This document shows positions 1-12,900 of a stretch of 64,000 nucleotides of DNA, piece after piece. Below the pieces are notes generated by a model that did not search any database, was not told the origin of the DNA, and saw only the letters and a program-made list of their open reading frames with translations. The stretch comes from Ascidiella aspersa. Lineage: Eukaryota. Every line of letters starts with the position of its first letter. Within the stretch, counting starts at the first letter, position 1. Both the position numbers and the translations under genes were made by a program. The stretch is from assembly GCA_963924565.1 (NCBI GenBank), contig OZ004615.1, forward strand, positions 16,802,001 through 16,866,000. The letters run 5' to 3'.

Positions 1-3000
1 TTTTTTTTGCGCTTCGCGCGATTTGACTATATTTCAGTTCTATACTTTGGCACGAGATCATTGGAGAACAACAAGTATATGTTTAAGAATAATTGTTCTA
101 TGACGTCACGTTATAGTCATCTCTAAAAAAATTTACTGGTGGCTGTGAGATCAATAAAGACGGTCAATGTGGCCGTCAACAGCTAAAAGGTTGGGCACCC
201 CTGACCTAGAGTTTCTCCATTTAATGCAGGCATACACTGCAATTGATAAGGGAGTCAGTGAGGCTGCCATTAGCTTAATCGGCACCCAGGGTTGGACATT
301 TTTAAGGATAAATAAGCGATTTTGAAGGCCGGACCAGTTTTGGCCTAGCCGGACCTGTTTTATCGGCTGTTCCAACGTCAAAATTGATCCGACCGGATCA
401 GTTTTCGCCCCGTACCAAATTTCGTGGTACAGGCCCAGATTCCTGGTTTACTTTTACGTACTACTCAATCAGGAATGTGATTGGCTGAAGCATTCTCTCG
501 ATTCATTGTCCACATTTTATGGGTAGAACAAATTAAAGTCGTTTGTATTCATTCAACTGCGACATTGTTATACTCCTTCTTTATCCACTGTTGATTAAAA
601 TACTTGCTTTTCATAAAAAACTATTTGTTAAAATACATTTCATTATATGTGATAAATTACATTACAGCTCTAAAAACGGAGTAGAGGAGGACTTAAAATG
701 CATTTTAAGGAAAATAGATTTGTGATGTTTTACTGCCGTTGTTTAATGTAAAATTTGCAAGATTTCTGTTTTTTTAAAGAAAAACCTACAAGGAAGTATC
801 TCAGATTTTAGCGTGGAAGCTTTGGGGTGTCTGTGCCCTGCGGATCCCCTAAATGTGGTCCGATTGTGTTGAAACATTATGAAACTGACTTTATGTGACA
901 CATAATGGGAAATTAGGCAGGAAACATATATTTTCAAAAAAAGGTAAATCTAAAAATACATACCGGCGGGAAAAAAGTATTTCGTTTTGTCAGGACTTGT
1001 GCTAAATGTGGACCTTAACAAAAATTGTCTTTTCTTAAATTATGATAAACTGTACTTTGTGCTAGCATTTGGTGACATTTTTAAGCAACTGGAAAAGTGA
1101 CATATTTTCAATATATCTTATCACGAACTGACGCGTAACAGCAAATCGCCTTATGCTTACGAGTCATATTGAATATACGCAGTATTTTCAAATATTCAAC
1201 CGCATTGAGAGGACCTGGAAATTTTTGTGTCTTTTCGTATCTAGAACTTTTTAAAACAGATCTCAGGTATTGGGGGAATTTCAAATACATTTGTTTAGTC
1301 TGTATATATCCAACCATACAAAATCAAATAGCTGTTATATAAAACAAGTAAGACATAAATGTTCGGTGATTTTATTGAAGTCTTTAAGGCAACGTGATGT
1401 GCCACTGGCCAACGAAAAAAATGTTTAACATATGCCCAGTGCTTTAAAAAAAGTTTAATTAGGCCTATTTATTAAAAACTTGCAAGCAATTAAGGAAAAT
1501 CCTAGTAGGCTATATACCGGTACCCAAAATATTTCGCCTTTGCTTCGCTCACTATGTACACCACCACATTCGTAAAGATACGGTAAAAATGTTTAAGAAA
1601 TACTGCTGTAAAAATAGCCGTTATGTTATTACCGGTACAGAAAACTTAACGTAGGCCTACTGCTGTTCTTCAATAAAGATGTGTACCGAGTAATACATGA
1701 TTGCTTAGAGCTATTATGACAATTACCGAATGTCTGTTAGTTTTGGCTGTATTTTTCTTTCTGTCTTTCGTTTTGTTATTTTTCCAAATACTTTGTCTAT
1801 CACTCATAATTTGACGAAAATATTTCAATCGATGGTTTGTTTGGAAACGATGAAGAGCCGTCAATAAACAGAAATATCGGCTTCGGGATTCTAGTGAAGA
1901 CTGATGGCGCGAGGAAAATGCTTTTACAAAACATATACCCGCGGCTTTTCTGTATTTTAAAGGCCGGGGCAATGGCAAAGAAAAATCCAATCAGAAGAGG
2001 GGCCTAAGTGTAAAATTATTGCGACTGGAACTTTTGCCGAAGCGAATATATGCATTTTTTTCAAACACTGCGGGAGGCTTTATTTTTACCGCGACTTTTT
2101 AAACTCTCAAAAATCCAAACATGGTTTAAACGGGAACCCGCCAGGATAGAAGTCGACCCCAACTTTTTGTGTTTCCAGTTTATAAACAGAATCTTGCCAT
2201 TGTCTGAGAGACACGATTTGATTAAAGTAGCCTTTAATTTGTTGGTTTTATCATTTGTATATCGAAAGAAGTAAATTATAAAATATAAAAAAACATTGGT
2301 TCCAAACCATTTTTCTCTTCTGGTGAGAAGTGGGACCAGGATTTTTGTTTGAGGGGGTTAAAAATTTAAGACGGCAAAAATTTGGGTCATTAACCAGGTA
2401 GGTAACCTAAATAAATATACAGTTCTCGGTCAAACTTGTGTACAAATGTGCAAATGAATTTAAGTCGAAAAACAGTTTATAAGGCAAGGCGTTGGCGTCG
2501 CTCGACAAATATTGCGCTTCTTAGGCTAATTAGGCCTAGCCTACCTTTTTATTTAGTTTAGACTCTAAACTAAATCTCTAAACTTTAGAGAGACAAGACG
2601 TTTAGAGAAGACACAACGTAATTGAGTTGCAGACGAATGACTATTGTAGACGAAATACAAAACGCAAAAAAACATCATATAGGCCTTATTAAAATAATGC
2701 AGGACACAAAACCTGCCCACTTTGGTACAAAGAAAGGTTTTATGTATAGGATTAACGGGACTCGTAGGTAGTCCTACAGGCTTTACGAAAAGCAAAAGCG
2801 CACAAAAATATAAAAAGTAAATTAACTTCGGTAAAAAATGCCAAAATGAAAAGGAGGCAATCAGGCTACGTCATTTAATTAAGTAAATGTATGAAAATGA
2901 TTTTTTTATATTGATTCTGTGTAAAAACCCAAAGTAAGCGTGTGATCTTCTTGCGTATTTCTGTTTTAGTTGGTCTCATTGGATATCAAGTAGAAAAAAA

Positions 3001-3295
3001 TTAAGAGAATCGGATGTGAGTGTCTGGCTAGACTTCTCCCATTACAGACATAAACGTATGTTTACATCGGTATAAGGACAAAATCATTAAGTTCGTCTCG
3101 ATGCTGCATTAAAATTGAGGTTGAACGTTATGTTTTCAATTGTTATATATTGTGACAAGTAAGAACTGACAATTCGTAGGAATGTAAAAACCAAAAGGTA
3201 CCGTTTTAAGTCTATGCTGCTTTAGTGGTTGTTGTTGATCTGGCGAACTTTTTAAAGTAAAATTTTATTTAGTTATTTTTCATAGATATTTTAAT

Positions 3296-3510
3296 GGCGC
3301 TGGTCTATAATTCTTCTAACTTTTTTTAGAAACAAAAACGTTTTGTCAAAATTAAAATTGCGAAGACGCCGAAGAGGATATTAACAGGGGAGATAAATAT
3401 AATAATACTTTATCCATCCTCGCCCAAACACTAACCGACAGCCAAACCCAAATAATGTGTGTTGCTTTATTAATTGTTTCAATGCTGTGGTACGATTGTA
3501 GACCAGTGCC
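3296..3510. mobile_element. Merlin-like MITE (GGCGCTGGTCTA family), degenerate copy
   Basis: Termini GGCGCTGGTCTA...TAGACCAGTGCC; internal similarity to the copy at 24622-24818; no clear TSD. Confidence 0.7.
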
Positions 3511-3548
3511 AAATATGATTTTATGTATAACGCAATATAAGTATTATC

Positions 3549-3749
3549 TGTGCTGGTCTAGAAGCCTAACACAACACACATTGTTTGGTTAGGGTGCGAG
3601 CTAGTGTTTGGGTTAGGGTGAGTCGAGTATTATTTATAAATATTGAATATAATCACAATTGATCCACCAACACCCATGTGCTAACTCGCACCCTAACCCA
3701 AATATTGTGCGTTGATTTAAAAATTGTGGTAGGATTCTAGACCAGCTCC
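3549..3749. mobile_element. Merlin-like MITE (GGCGCTGGTCTA family)
   Basis: Termini TGTGCTGGTCTAGAA...TTCTAGACCAGCTCC; internal GGTTAGGGT/ACCCTAACC arms; degenerate 8-bp TSD GTATTATC/GCATTGTC. Confidence 0.75.
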
Positions 3750-3946
3750 GCATTGTCTATTATGCATGAGTATTATATTGTTATGGTCTTAATTGCAACT
3801 ATATAAACCATTCATTTGCTTTATATTTTTTATAAGATTGTTTAAATAATTTTTAAATCACATATTTGATCAAAAAGAAAAAAAAAAATTGTGATTGTTT
3901 GAAAAGGGATTTACTGTGATTAACCTTCCATCACTTTATTACAATC

Positions 3947-6900
3947 ATGTTAGTCTGTACAATCGCACTACTCGGAATACTACGTCTCGCTAATGGTAAG
4001 TTGACTGTTTTGGGTAATGTTTTTGTTATGGTTTAGCAATAACACATTTTTTATGTTTAAATTGGTAAAAAAATAGGTTTAATTTTTTGGCGCTCCATTG
4101 ATTTGGTATGTAGATTGTAACACAAAAAACGGTCTAAAAATACTGTGTGCAGCAACGCACATAATTTGGGTTTGGGTGAATCAAGCATTATAACAATAAA
4201 TACCTAACCCAAATAATGTGCAGTGCGGTATGCAGTATTTGTAGACCTTTTTTTCTTACTTTCTGTGTAGCAAATAGGAAGAACCCTAACTTTCGTAATT
4301 TAGTTATAATTTATGATATAACTGAGTATTTTCTACCATGAAATTTGTTTTGAAACCACTGCTGTGTATAGATATTGAACCTAATAATCTATATTATCTA
4401 AATGTTTTGCTTGACTCCGTGCATAATTTTGTTTTTTAATTCAGGTATATCATGTCACTGTGGTGGAACCAAAGAAAACTTTCAGTGCTTTGGAGCATCT
4501 AACTGCACAGAAAAGAATGGTCTTTGCTTTGTAATGGTTGAAAAACTGCCAATTACTGGGGTAAATGAAATTCACATCCTTGTGCAACTACAATAATGAG
4601 TTAAAAATGTATATACATCACTCATGGTAAAACAACTCATACATTTTACAGTTCATAATTTTTATGGTGTTCTATCTTCAAGGTGAGTGCTGTTTGTCAG
4701 ACAATAATCCAACAGACAGGGACAAATTTTGGTGCAATGTCCTTGCACAATCAGACCTCATCAGTCATTATTTCATTAATTTAAAGGACTGTAATTCTCA
4801 TTATTTAACTCAAACTCCCATAAATTTTATCTCTTAGAATAAAACAAGTAAGCAAAATTCAATAAATGTTTGACTTAACTCACTGCTACATTTATATGGT
4901 TAGCAGTTTTTTTACTTTCATGCCTCGGCCTGACTTTCTTGGTCAAAACACATAACGAAATGAAAATAGTTATGAAGAAATAGATTAATATATGCCAGTG
5001 AAACAACATACCTTTGCATCTGGAGTAATGTGTGATTCATCAAAATTGGGGATTGATTTATATATATGTGCACATAATTCAACCTAAAATGTGTTCTTTT
5101 CTGTCATGCTTTTCTATAAATGCTAATCATTTTTATTGAAATTTTTGTTTGCAGACAATTATTCAGTGGGGTTGTTATGAGGAAAAGTTTACGTTTCCTT
5201 TGGGTAAACCTCTGCTATGCCAACCTGCAGTCAACAGTCGCGTTCAAACCAAATGCTGCTTTGAGGATTTTTGCAATGATATTACAACGTTTCAGCCACC
5301 AACTTTAAGTCCTGTTTCAAAAGACACAGAACATATTGGAGGTAAAGTTAGTATATAGTGTATTTAACAAGGTTGATGGCATTACTTAGTTGCAGGCTGG
5401 TAGAATCTAGCCAGTCTTGTTGCAAGCATTTTTTTCTTATTCTTAAAGATATTTGTTGTGTCGGCCTAAAAAATGTATAAACTTCGCCATGTTTAAGCGA
5501 TAAACAAGGAAATATTCAAGCAATAGTCATATAAGAGTTAAAATATTTAAAAAATTAATGAAGCAAAACCAATACAAAAGTAGATGCAAACGTTCAACCT
5601 GCTGGTGCGCATGTCTCTGTTTCTTCCTTTCACACTGTTGCATAGATAAGTTTTTCCAGCTCAAAATCTGTTTAATTATACGAAGCCCGATATAAAAATG
5701 TTTTTTTTGTTTAACAAAAATTTTGTGAAACCATAATGAAATCGCACTTCTCCGGGGTTATTCGTAACGTAGTGCAACATGCGTAAGTATGCAAACTGCT
5801 CACGGCTGAACATATATATTTTCTTAAGACAGACAAACACATTGGCGAATGGGATAAAAGTCTGTGCTAAGTATAAAGAGGGAAAATTTTGTATTCACAT
5901 CAAAATGATAGACAAAAATATCTTAAGGGGGCCTGATGCCCTTTGTTCAGCTTCTGCTAATGTCATGTTCATGTTTATATTTTGTCTATTTTACTGGAAT
6001 AGCAACTATTATGATTGTTTTTTCAAGTCAAATAGGATAACTGAAGTGCTACAAGTATATTAAAAATGTTGTATCAGTCAGTAAATTTGCGAACACAAAA
6101 TAGTTCGATGTTCGAATTTCTGTAGTTTTTTTAAATAAGTAACACTTTAATATGTCTATTACTGCACTTATTACCCTAAACCAGGGGTTCTTAAACTGGG
6201 GTCCATGTACCCCTTGGGGGTCCGTGAACTTGTTTAAGGGGGTCCATGAAAACTTAATTAGCTAGTGTATACTTAAGATTCAAAGAAAACAATTTAATTA
6301 AAAATTAAACTGTTTTGCACTGAATGTATAGTTAGACTCTATTTAATTTTCACATTTTTCGGACCGAAATAACAGAGTTATGAAATCTATTTGTGTTGTG
6401 ACTTCAGTTTATTACGTAATTTTAGAGCATTTCTTGCCTACCGGGGTCCATGCAAAGCAAAAAAAAAATTGGGGGTCCACAGTAAAAAAAGTTCAAGAAC
6501 CCCTGCCCTAAACAAGCGTGTTGCACTTTCATATATAATTTTTTACAGAAAAGCATTACCAAAATTAATTCCTGCAATTTCCAGTACAAAAATATATGAT
6601 ATTGTCAAAAATAGGTGTAAAAACAATCCTATTTTTTTAGCCAATTTGGTTTCGGCTTTCTTGCTGATTCTATGGCCAAGATGGTTGCCAAGTTGCCAGC
6701 ATTCTGCCATACTGCTTGGTTGCATAATTTGAAAAAAGTTAGGGTGTTTCTTCTAACACAACATAAGTGTTTTAGGTTGAATTCTAACTATTTTATTGAG
6801 TTAAAATATGCCAGAAAAGTCCAATTTAGGAGGTAGCCTTACAACAATGATAAGTAATATGTTCTTAAAAGCCGGAAACCTTGTGATATACATTACACAG

Positions 6901-9900
6901 TAACCAAATTAGCTTGCATTATTGGACTAACAATTATAAATAGGTGGTATGATTGTTGCAAGTCATTTATCACCATTATTTGTTACATCAATAATGGAGG
7001 ATTTTAAGAAGCCCTTCTCCTGGCCAAAATAAACTTATGTTGATGGCAATTGGGAGAGCTTGTTTTGTTCAAACTACACAATGCACAAAAGAAGAAATGT
7101 CCATTATAAAGTTAAAACCTAATGTTCAAAGTTGGCATGAAAAAAAATGTGTTGTCTGTGATATTGTGCTCCTTAATTATTGTTTTCTATGGCAACATAT
7201 TTTGCTTAAAAATCGTTTTGCAAAATTTTCAGTGGTGTACTGCAAGCACCCGTTTGTTTCTATTCAAAGTTTGTTGGAGCTTTATTTACGTTGTAGCTAA
7301 ACCTACTTTAATTGACTTTTTTAGACTTTAGGATGCTGTGGTGCTGTGTTTCATATTTATAGCTGTCCCATTGAGCGATTCTCCCTTATAGCAAACCAAG
7401 GCCCATCGTATTTGGCCAGCTTGGTTTCCCCCACTGTTGAGTCACAGTGAAACCATTTCTGACAGCCAATCAGGTCACTGGGTCGCGTTTGCTCAATCAA
7501 GCGCAAAGCGTGCCGTGTACACTTAATTAAGAACAGCGTCAGACGTTCTATAGACTAGGTAATAAAACCTTCATTTTTTATTTACTATTTACGTGACAAA
7601 AGTTTGTATTGAAATATTCACTGCCGTTTGGCTTTTTCACAGGTCAAAGGAATAATTAACGTTTTGTGCGACGCTGTGCGTAAAACTGACTTGTTCTTAC
7701 AAGTTTGATTCTTCATGATACATGGTTACCCCGATAAGCACAAGAGCTATTTTTCTAACGTTTTTTAATTTTTTGCTTACATTGGCCACGAGATTAACCG
7801 ACTTAGAAACGCGATACCTAATTTCCCGACTTTGCGTGGTGCCTTGAGATACCATGAACATTAAAGCGCTGGATACAAACGCCGCGAAATTAGGAAAGAA
7901 GCCGTACGAGTTGTAGGGGGTTGTGAAAAACGGAGCGGCCGATTGCAAAAAAAGTACAATAGTAGTACCAGTCATACGACTGCTGCACAGATGTTGCTAC
8001 GTTTCAACTTTTCAAGGTCGTTTTTCTATCGGTGTTAGTTGTTATGAACTCCATCGTTCATTTTTGGAACTTGTTTGTAACTAAAGCAAGCTTCTTGAAA
8101 ATATTTCTGCAAACTTACATTAAATCTGTCAGCCAACCGAATGACCGACATATGTGTGTTTCCTAATAATGCAATGTATTTGGGCTTTAAAAGTCATTGT
8201 GACTGTAACTTTAGCACAATATGTTCATGCTAAAATATTTTTGAAAGATGTGCAAGTTTGTAAAACGCTGTTTTACTCATGACGATTAATACGGTTTCGC
8301 TTTACGGCCCCGCATTGCGGAAACAACACAATATCTCGCGTTGCAAGGCGGTGGGTGGAACTGTCATTGTTTTTCTTCACGGTCCCATTGTGTTGCATTT
8401 TATGGCGGCGGCGTTCACGATTCAAAGCGGCATTCGCGTAATTCGCTAATCCGTCGTAATTTTGCACGCGCGTCAGATTAGATACGCGCCTCTATTGTTT
8501 AAATATGTTTTCCCACAAAGGTTATTGCGTGCGCCAATTGCCGAATGGCGCCACTATGTCAGTTATAATAGAATCACGCCGGGTTGGCACGACTTTCGAT
8601 GTTTTAGATCAAGTCGTGTAGACTTCCGAACCTTCTTGGCACATTTAATTCCGAGCTAGGCCGCTGTTCCCATTATTACCGCTTTGTCTAACTAAAACAA
8701 AATCTCAAACCTGTTCCCACACAATATAACTTCTTAGGCGAGATTTTGATAATGCAAAACAATAGAAGTATAATGTACGTGTTTACATCAGCTTGTGTTC
8801 TGGTCGTATATCTAAGCAGCTTCTGACTTAAGTGATTTTCCTTAACCCCTTTTTATGATTAGAATAAAGTGCACGCCTGCAGCGGTACCTTACACAGTTT
8901 CGCATTGTTATTTTAGAAAGTAAGATAATACTATTTAACCCTTTGTTTGTTTCTTTAAGGAGAGACCGAAGGCCTAACGACTCTTCAGCTAACCATCATC
9001 ATCAATGGTGAGTTAGTGATAGTTCAATTTGATTTATTTTGCCGATTTGAGAATAGCAACACGTTATTCAGTGTAAGATGGTGTAGACCAAGGGTCTCAA
9101 ACTCAAATTGCTCTGAGGGCCGCAATTCGCAAAACACAATAAAATATAAACACATGTAGGCTGATTTTAGGCTATAGTTATTTGTTCTGGCTTCTTTACT
9201 GGCAGCGTTTTTCAAGGACAAGGATCTCGATATTAGGCTTTAAATTGTCAGCAGAAACAAATCTTAGAGTTGCTTGCAGATGTGGACTGTCTAATATTGG
9301 CAAAGAAAATTCTTTGTTTGCAAAACGCTGGTTTAACTTTTTATTTTTTTACTTTGCCCTGGTAAGCATATTATTTATCGGTGCATGGTTTAGAAGTGCA
9401 TACCCTTGTTATACTTCTTCATAACAGCGATCTTCTGCCGGCAAATAAGGCAATAACTAGTACCTCTGACCGCAGTGACAAAATATAACTCCTCCCACTT
9501 ATCTTGAAAAACTTTTCTTTCGTCTGTGATTTTTCTCATTTTTGAAGCAAAAGACAAGTGTAATTTAGCTTTTTAAGCTATAGAAATTTATTTCAATACT
9601 AGGGTAGAACAATCAAAGCCTACAACTCGACAATTAATTTATACATTATGAGATGACCAATTACACTAACACCTGACTGACGCACTTTCCAGCGTTATTG
9701 TGACAACTGTACAGAGTTGAATAGGCAATGTGACGTAATAGTAGTTCTTTTACCGCTAAATGGTAGCGTTTGAAAGTGATATGACAGTGAAGTTTGGTGA
9801 GTATAGTTTCAGTTTTTTGAAGCAATTTTAGAGTGAATTTTAACTTTCAAATCTGATAAAAAAAGATATGTGGCACTTAAATATTGTTAACTACTTGGAA

Positions 9901-12900
9901 ATCCAAAATTTCTACACGGGCTGCGTGTTTGAGACCCTTGGTGTAGACTCACAATCAATGTTGGAGCAGTTATCGAAATAAAACGCGTAATATTAAACAT
10001 CTCTTGGCTTAGTTCACAGCAAGATCGCAATGTTGGGAACTTGGCAACAAACTGTTACCGAGCACTTTTGAAAGGGCTTGAATGTTCAGTAATGGGTGTA
10101 ATCTTTGAATTAGGAATATCATAACTGCCTTAGTTTTGTCAATATGTTTTGCTTCAAAACTACATGAAAAGTTATAAATGTTTCTCAACCTTTTTCGCGG
10201 ATGCCATCCAAATACTTACTAAAGCGTATTGTATAAAATCAGAGCATTAGCGACCCAATTGTGTCTCATTTCTTTGTCAGCTTAAAGTGAACAAAACACA
10301 AACAAGACAATAGTATTAATAAACAGAAAATCAGTTAATGTGAACCATCACCGTGTCCCCTCCTTTCTATTTCGAGAAATCTTGCTGAGAATCAAAATTA
10401 AGAAACCCAACGATGTGAACTACTGAGGAAGGCGGTGTCATAAGAGCAAATCAATTTAATTTTAAATTTTGTGTCGGGACCCATATTTCACATACGCGAC
10501 CCGTTCCCCTAAAAGTCGTCATCTAAGCTTAAGCAATGTTGATTTCCGTTTAACGCTGTTCTAAAAACGTCCTTCTTTTGTCTTAGCACAGCCCGCGATT
10601 TTTTTGTGCACTGCTGTCCGCTAGTCATTAAGCGAGTGAACCCTAATAAACTCCGAACGAGGCGTAATAGCCATTTTTTGCACTCGCTCAGTGCAGATAT
10701 GCGCTGTGACGCTACTTTTGTCGCGAAGCTTGCTCACACCGACCCACAAAAGTTTCACCGAACCTCCTTAACCCAAACCAAGACAAGATAAATACTGTCG
10801 TTGGGGCCAAAACTTGTTTCCAACCAATTCTTGTCGCCGAGCCAACGACGTAATTATTCTGTGACGTTACTAATCTGTTTATGGCAAGATTGAAAACGAT
10901 TTAACGCGCGTTTTGTGTAGACCTAGATGGAATTCGTTTTTAATTATGTATGGGTTGAGGCAAACTTAGTAATTTTGCCAAGTGGTTTCCGATATTGTCA
11001 CATTAAACCGAATAAAACAACCACACACGTCAACTGGACGCAATGTAGAAAAAATTAGTGATTCGTTTCACTACAACGGTACACCAAAATTGCATCAAGA
11101 GTAAGACGTTTGTCAAAAAGTAAATATTGGATTCTGAAAGAATTTGAATTCTTTTTTGACACCCATGAACATTGAAAACAGCTACCCGTTGTTTTGTTGC
11201 CAAAATGAATGTTGCGGAAAACGCGAAATTAAATTACCATTACCCGAAAAATTTAAGTTACTAAAAACTTGCATCGCCAGGCAGAGAGAGCTGTACATTT
11301 GTGGTTTAATGTTTCGAAGAATTTCTTATCAACGTAAAACAACGACTTGCGGTTGAGTATGCTTATTGTTGGAGGATTAATTTTCACATTTTTAGCTATT
11401 GAATGGTCAAAACACGTTCTCGGTAAAATGCTGCGAACGTCTTGATGACGCCATATCTGCCATTTCACGTTTCCTGCAATTCGCGCTCTCACTAAGGTGC
11501 TTGACATCCTCAGCCTATGTTTTTTACGTATTTTTTCGGTTTAGTTTGTACAACATATGTTGTTGTAAATGTAAGTAGTAATTACTACATCGTTCTCTAA
11601 ATAATGTCATTACGCGTTAGTTGCGTTGCCCTAATTACAACACTTGTTTAAAAAACAACTTTTTTTCTACACAGCAGGAAAACTAACTTCAAATACTAAA
11701 ACATATTTCACCAAACATATTTCGAGGGTATCAAATGCTGATTATCTACCGATTTAAGTTTGCCTTGGTTGGCCGTAGGTTACTTGCCCATCCCTGCTAT
11801 ATACGAATATTTTCATACTAGCGTAGATATATTATAGTTGTGGGGCAGAATCACGCCTTGCTTTCACGCACGTTCATTGTGACGATCCAGTTTATACTTG
11901 GCTTCAGCATGCTAGGGCCTCACTACTGTGCCAGCACATTGTGTAGCACGCTTATTGTAACGGACCAGCCTTTACTTGACTTTAGCATGCTTAGATCCAC
12001 TACTGTGCCAGTACACGTGTACGCAATGAAAATCAGAAAGATGTGCCTTACAATTCGTATCGCACTCGTTCTTAAAAAAACATATATATCTTCTTCTTTT
12101 ATATAGACTCCTAACCACAATTAACCTGGCAGTCCGAAATAACTAGCGCTTTGTATTCGCAGCAAGCGTAGCCTGCTTCGTGGCCATTTTCATCGCCCTG
12201 GTGATCGTCGTGCTTAAGCAACGTCGGGCTAGAAAGAACCCTTTGCTGCAGAGAAGTCCAACTGAAAGCATTCCCGACGCTTCAATTCCGGGTAAGTGGC
12301 TCGGCCAAGTCGTCCCAAACCGCGTTTTCTTTTAAACTAATGCAGGGATCCTGTTGATATTGGCGATGGTTTGTGCAAGGTGCAGAAATAAAATCTTATA
12401 GGTGTTTTTTAGTCGAGGTAAAATTCTTAGAAATGTTTGTGAACAACAATCTGTTGGTTCTCTTTTTAAGTGCCCTTATGTACATCCAGGAAGCATCAAA
12501 ATTAAAAGATGTTGTTCTCCGTTTGGTTGTTTACATTTTGGTATGGTAAGAGATTTCACCAGATTTGAAGAGTTTTTTTTCGTTTTTATAAGAATGACAA
12601 ATAGGTCTGTTTGAAAATAACATAGAGAGGCATCCTTTAATGAAAAATTCATACATGATACTATACATCATTTTACTAACTTACTGCTATTCATGGAATT
12701 TGCTTATAGGTTATTAAAATATTTGAGAAAGTTGCACTTTTAATTAAAACCCATTTAAAAAGGAATAACAAAAGTGGTTAATTTACAAGAACCACTAAGC
12801 ATATTTGACTTTGGCCCAGCCAAAATTACCAGGAGTCCGGCCTTTTTTTCGCGAAATACTTGTTTCGAAAAAAACACAGCGGATTTTCGTGCCTTGCAGA

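Noticed and set aside
320-435. CCGGA(C/T)C(A/T)GTTT short repeats, possible transposon end
   Set aside because: No matching opposite terminus or TSD found in the window.
2970-3015. Possible non-coding 5' exon of the receptor (TTTTAG|...|GTGAGT)
   Set aside because: Plausible but unsupported without transcript data.
4717-4748. miR-92-like GTGCAA/TTGCAC hairpin
   Set aside because: Stem is only 6 bp, far too short for a pre-miRNA; better explained as a terminal stem-loop after an Sm site.
4670-4750. U7 snRNA or spliceosomal snRNA identity for the intronic element
   Set aside because: Lacks the U7-type Sm site (AAUUUGUCUAG) and the diagnostic U1, U5, U11 and U4atac sequences.
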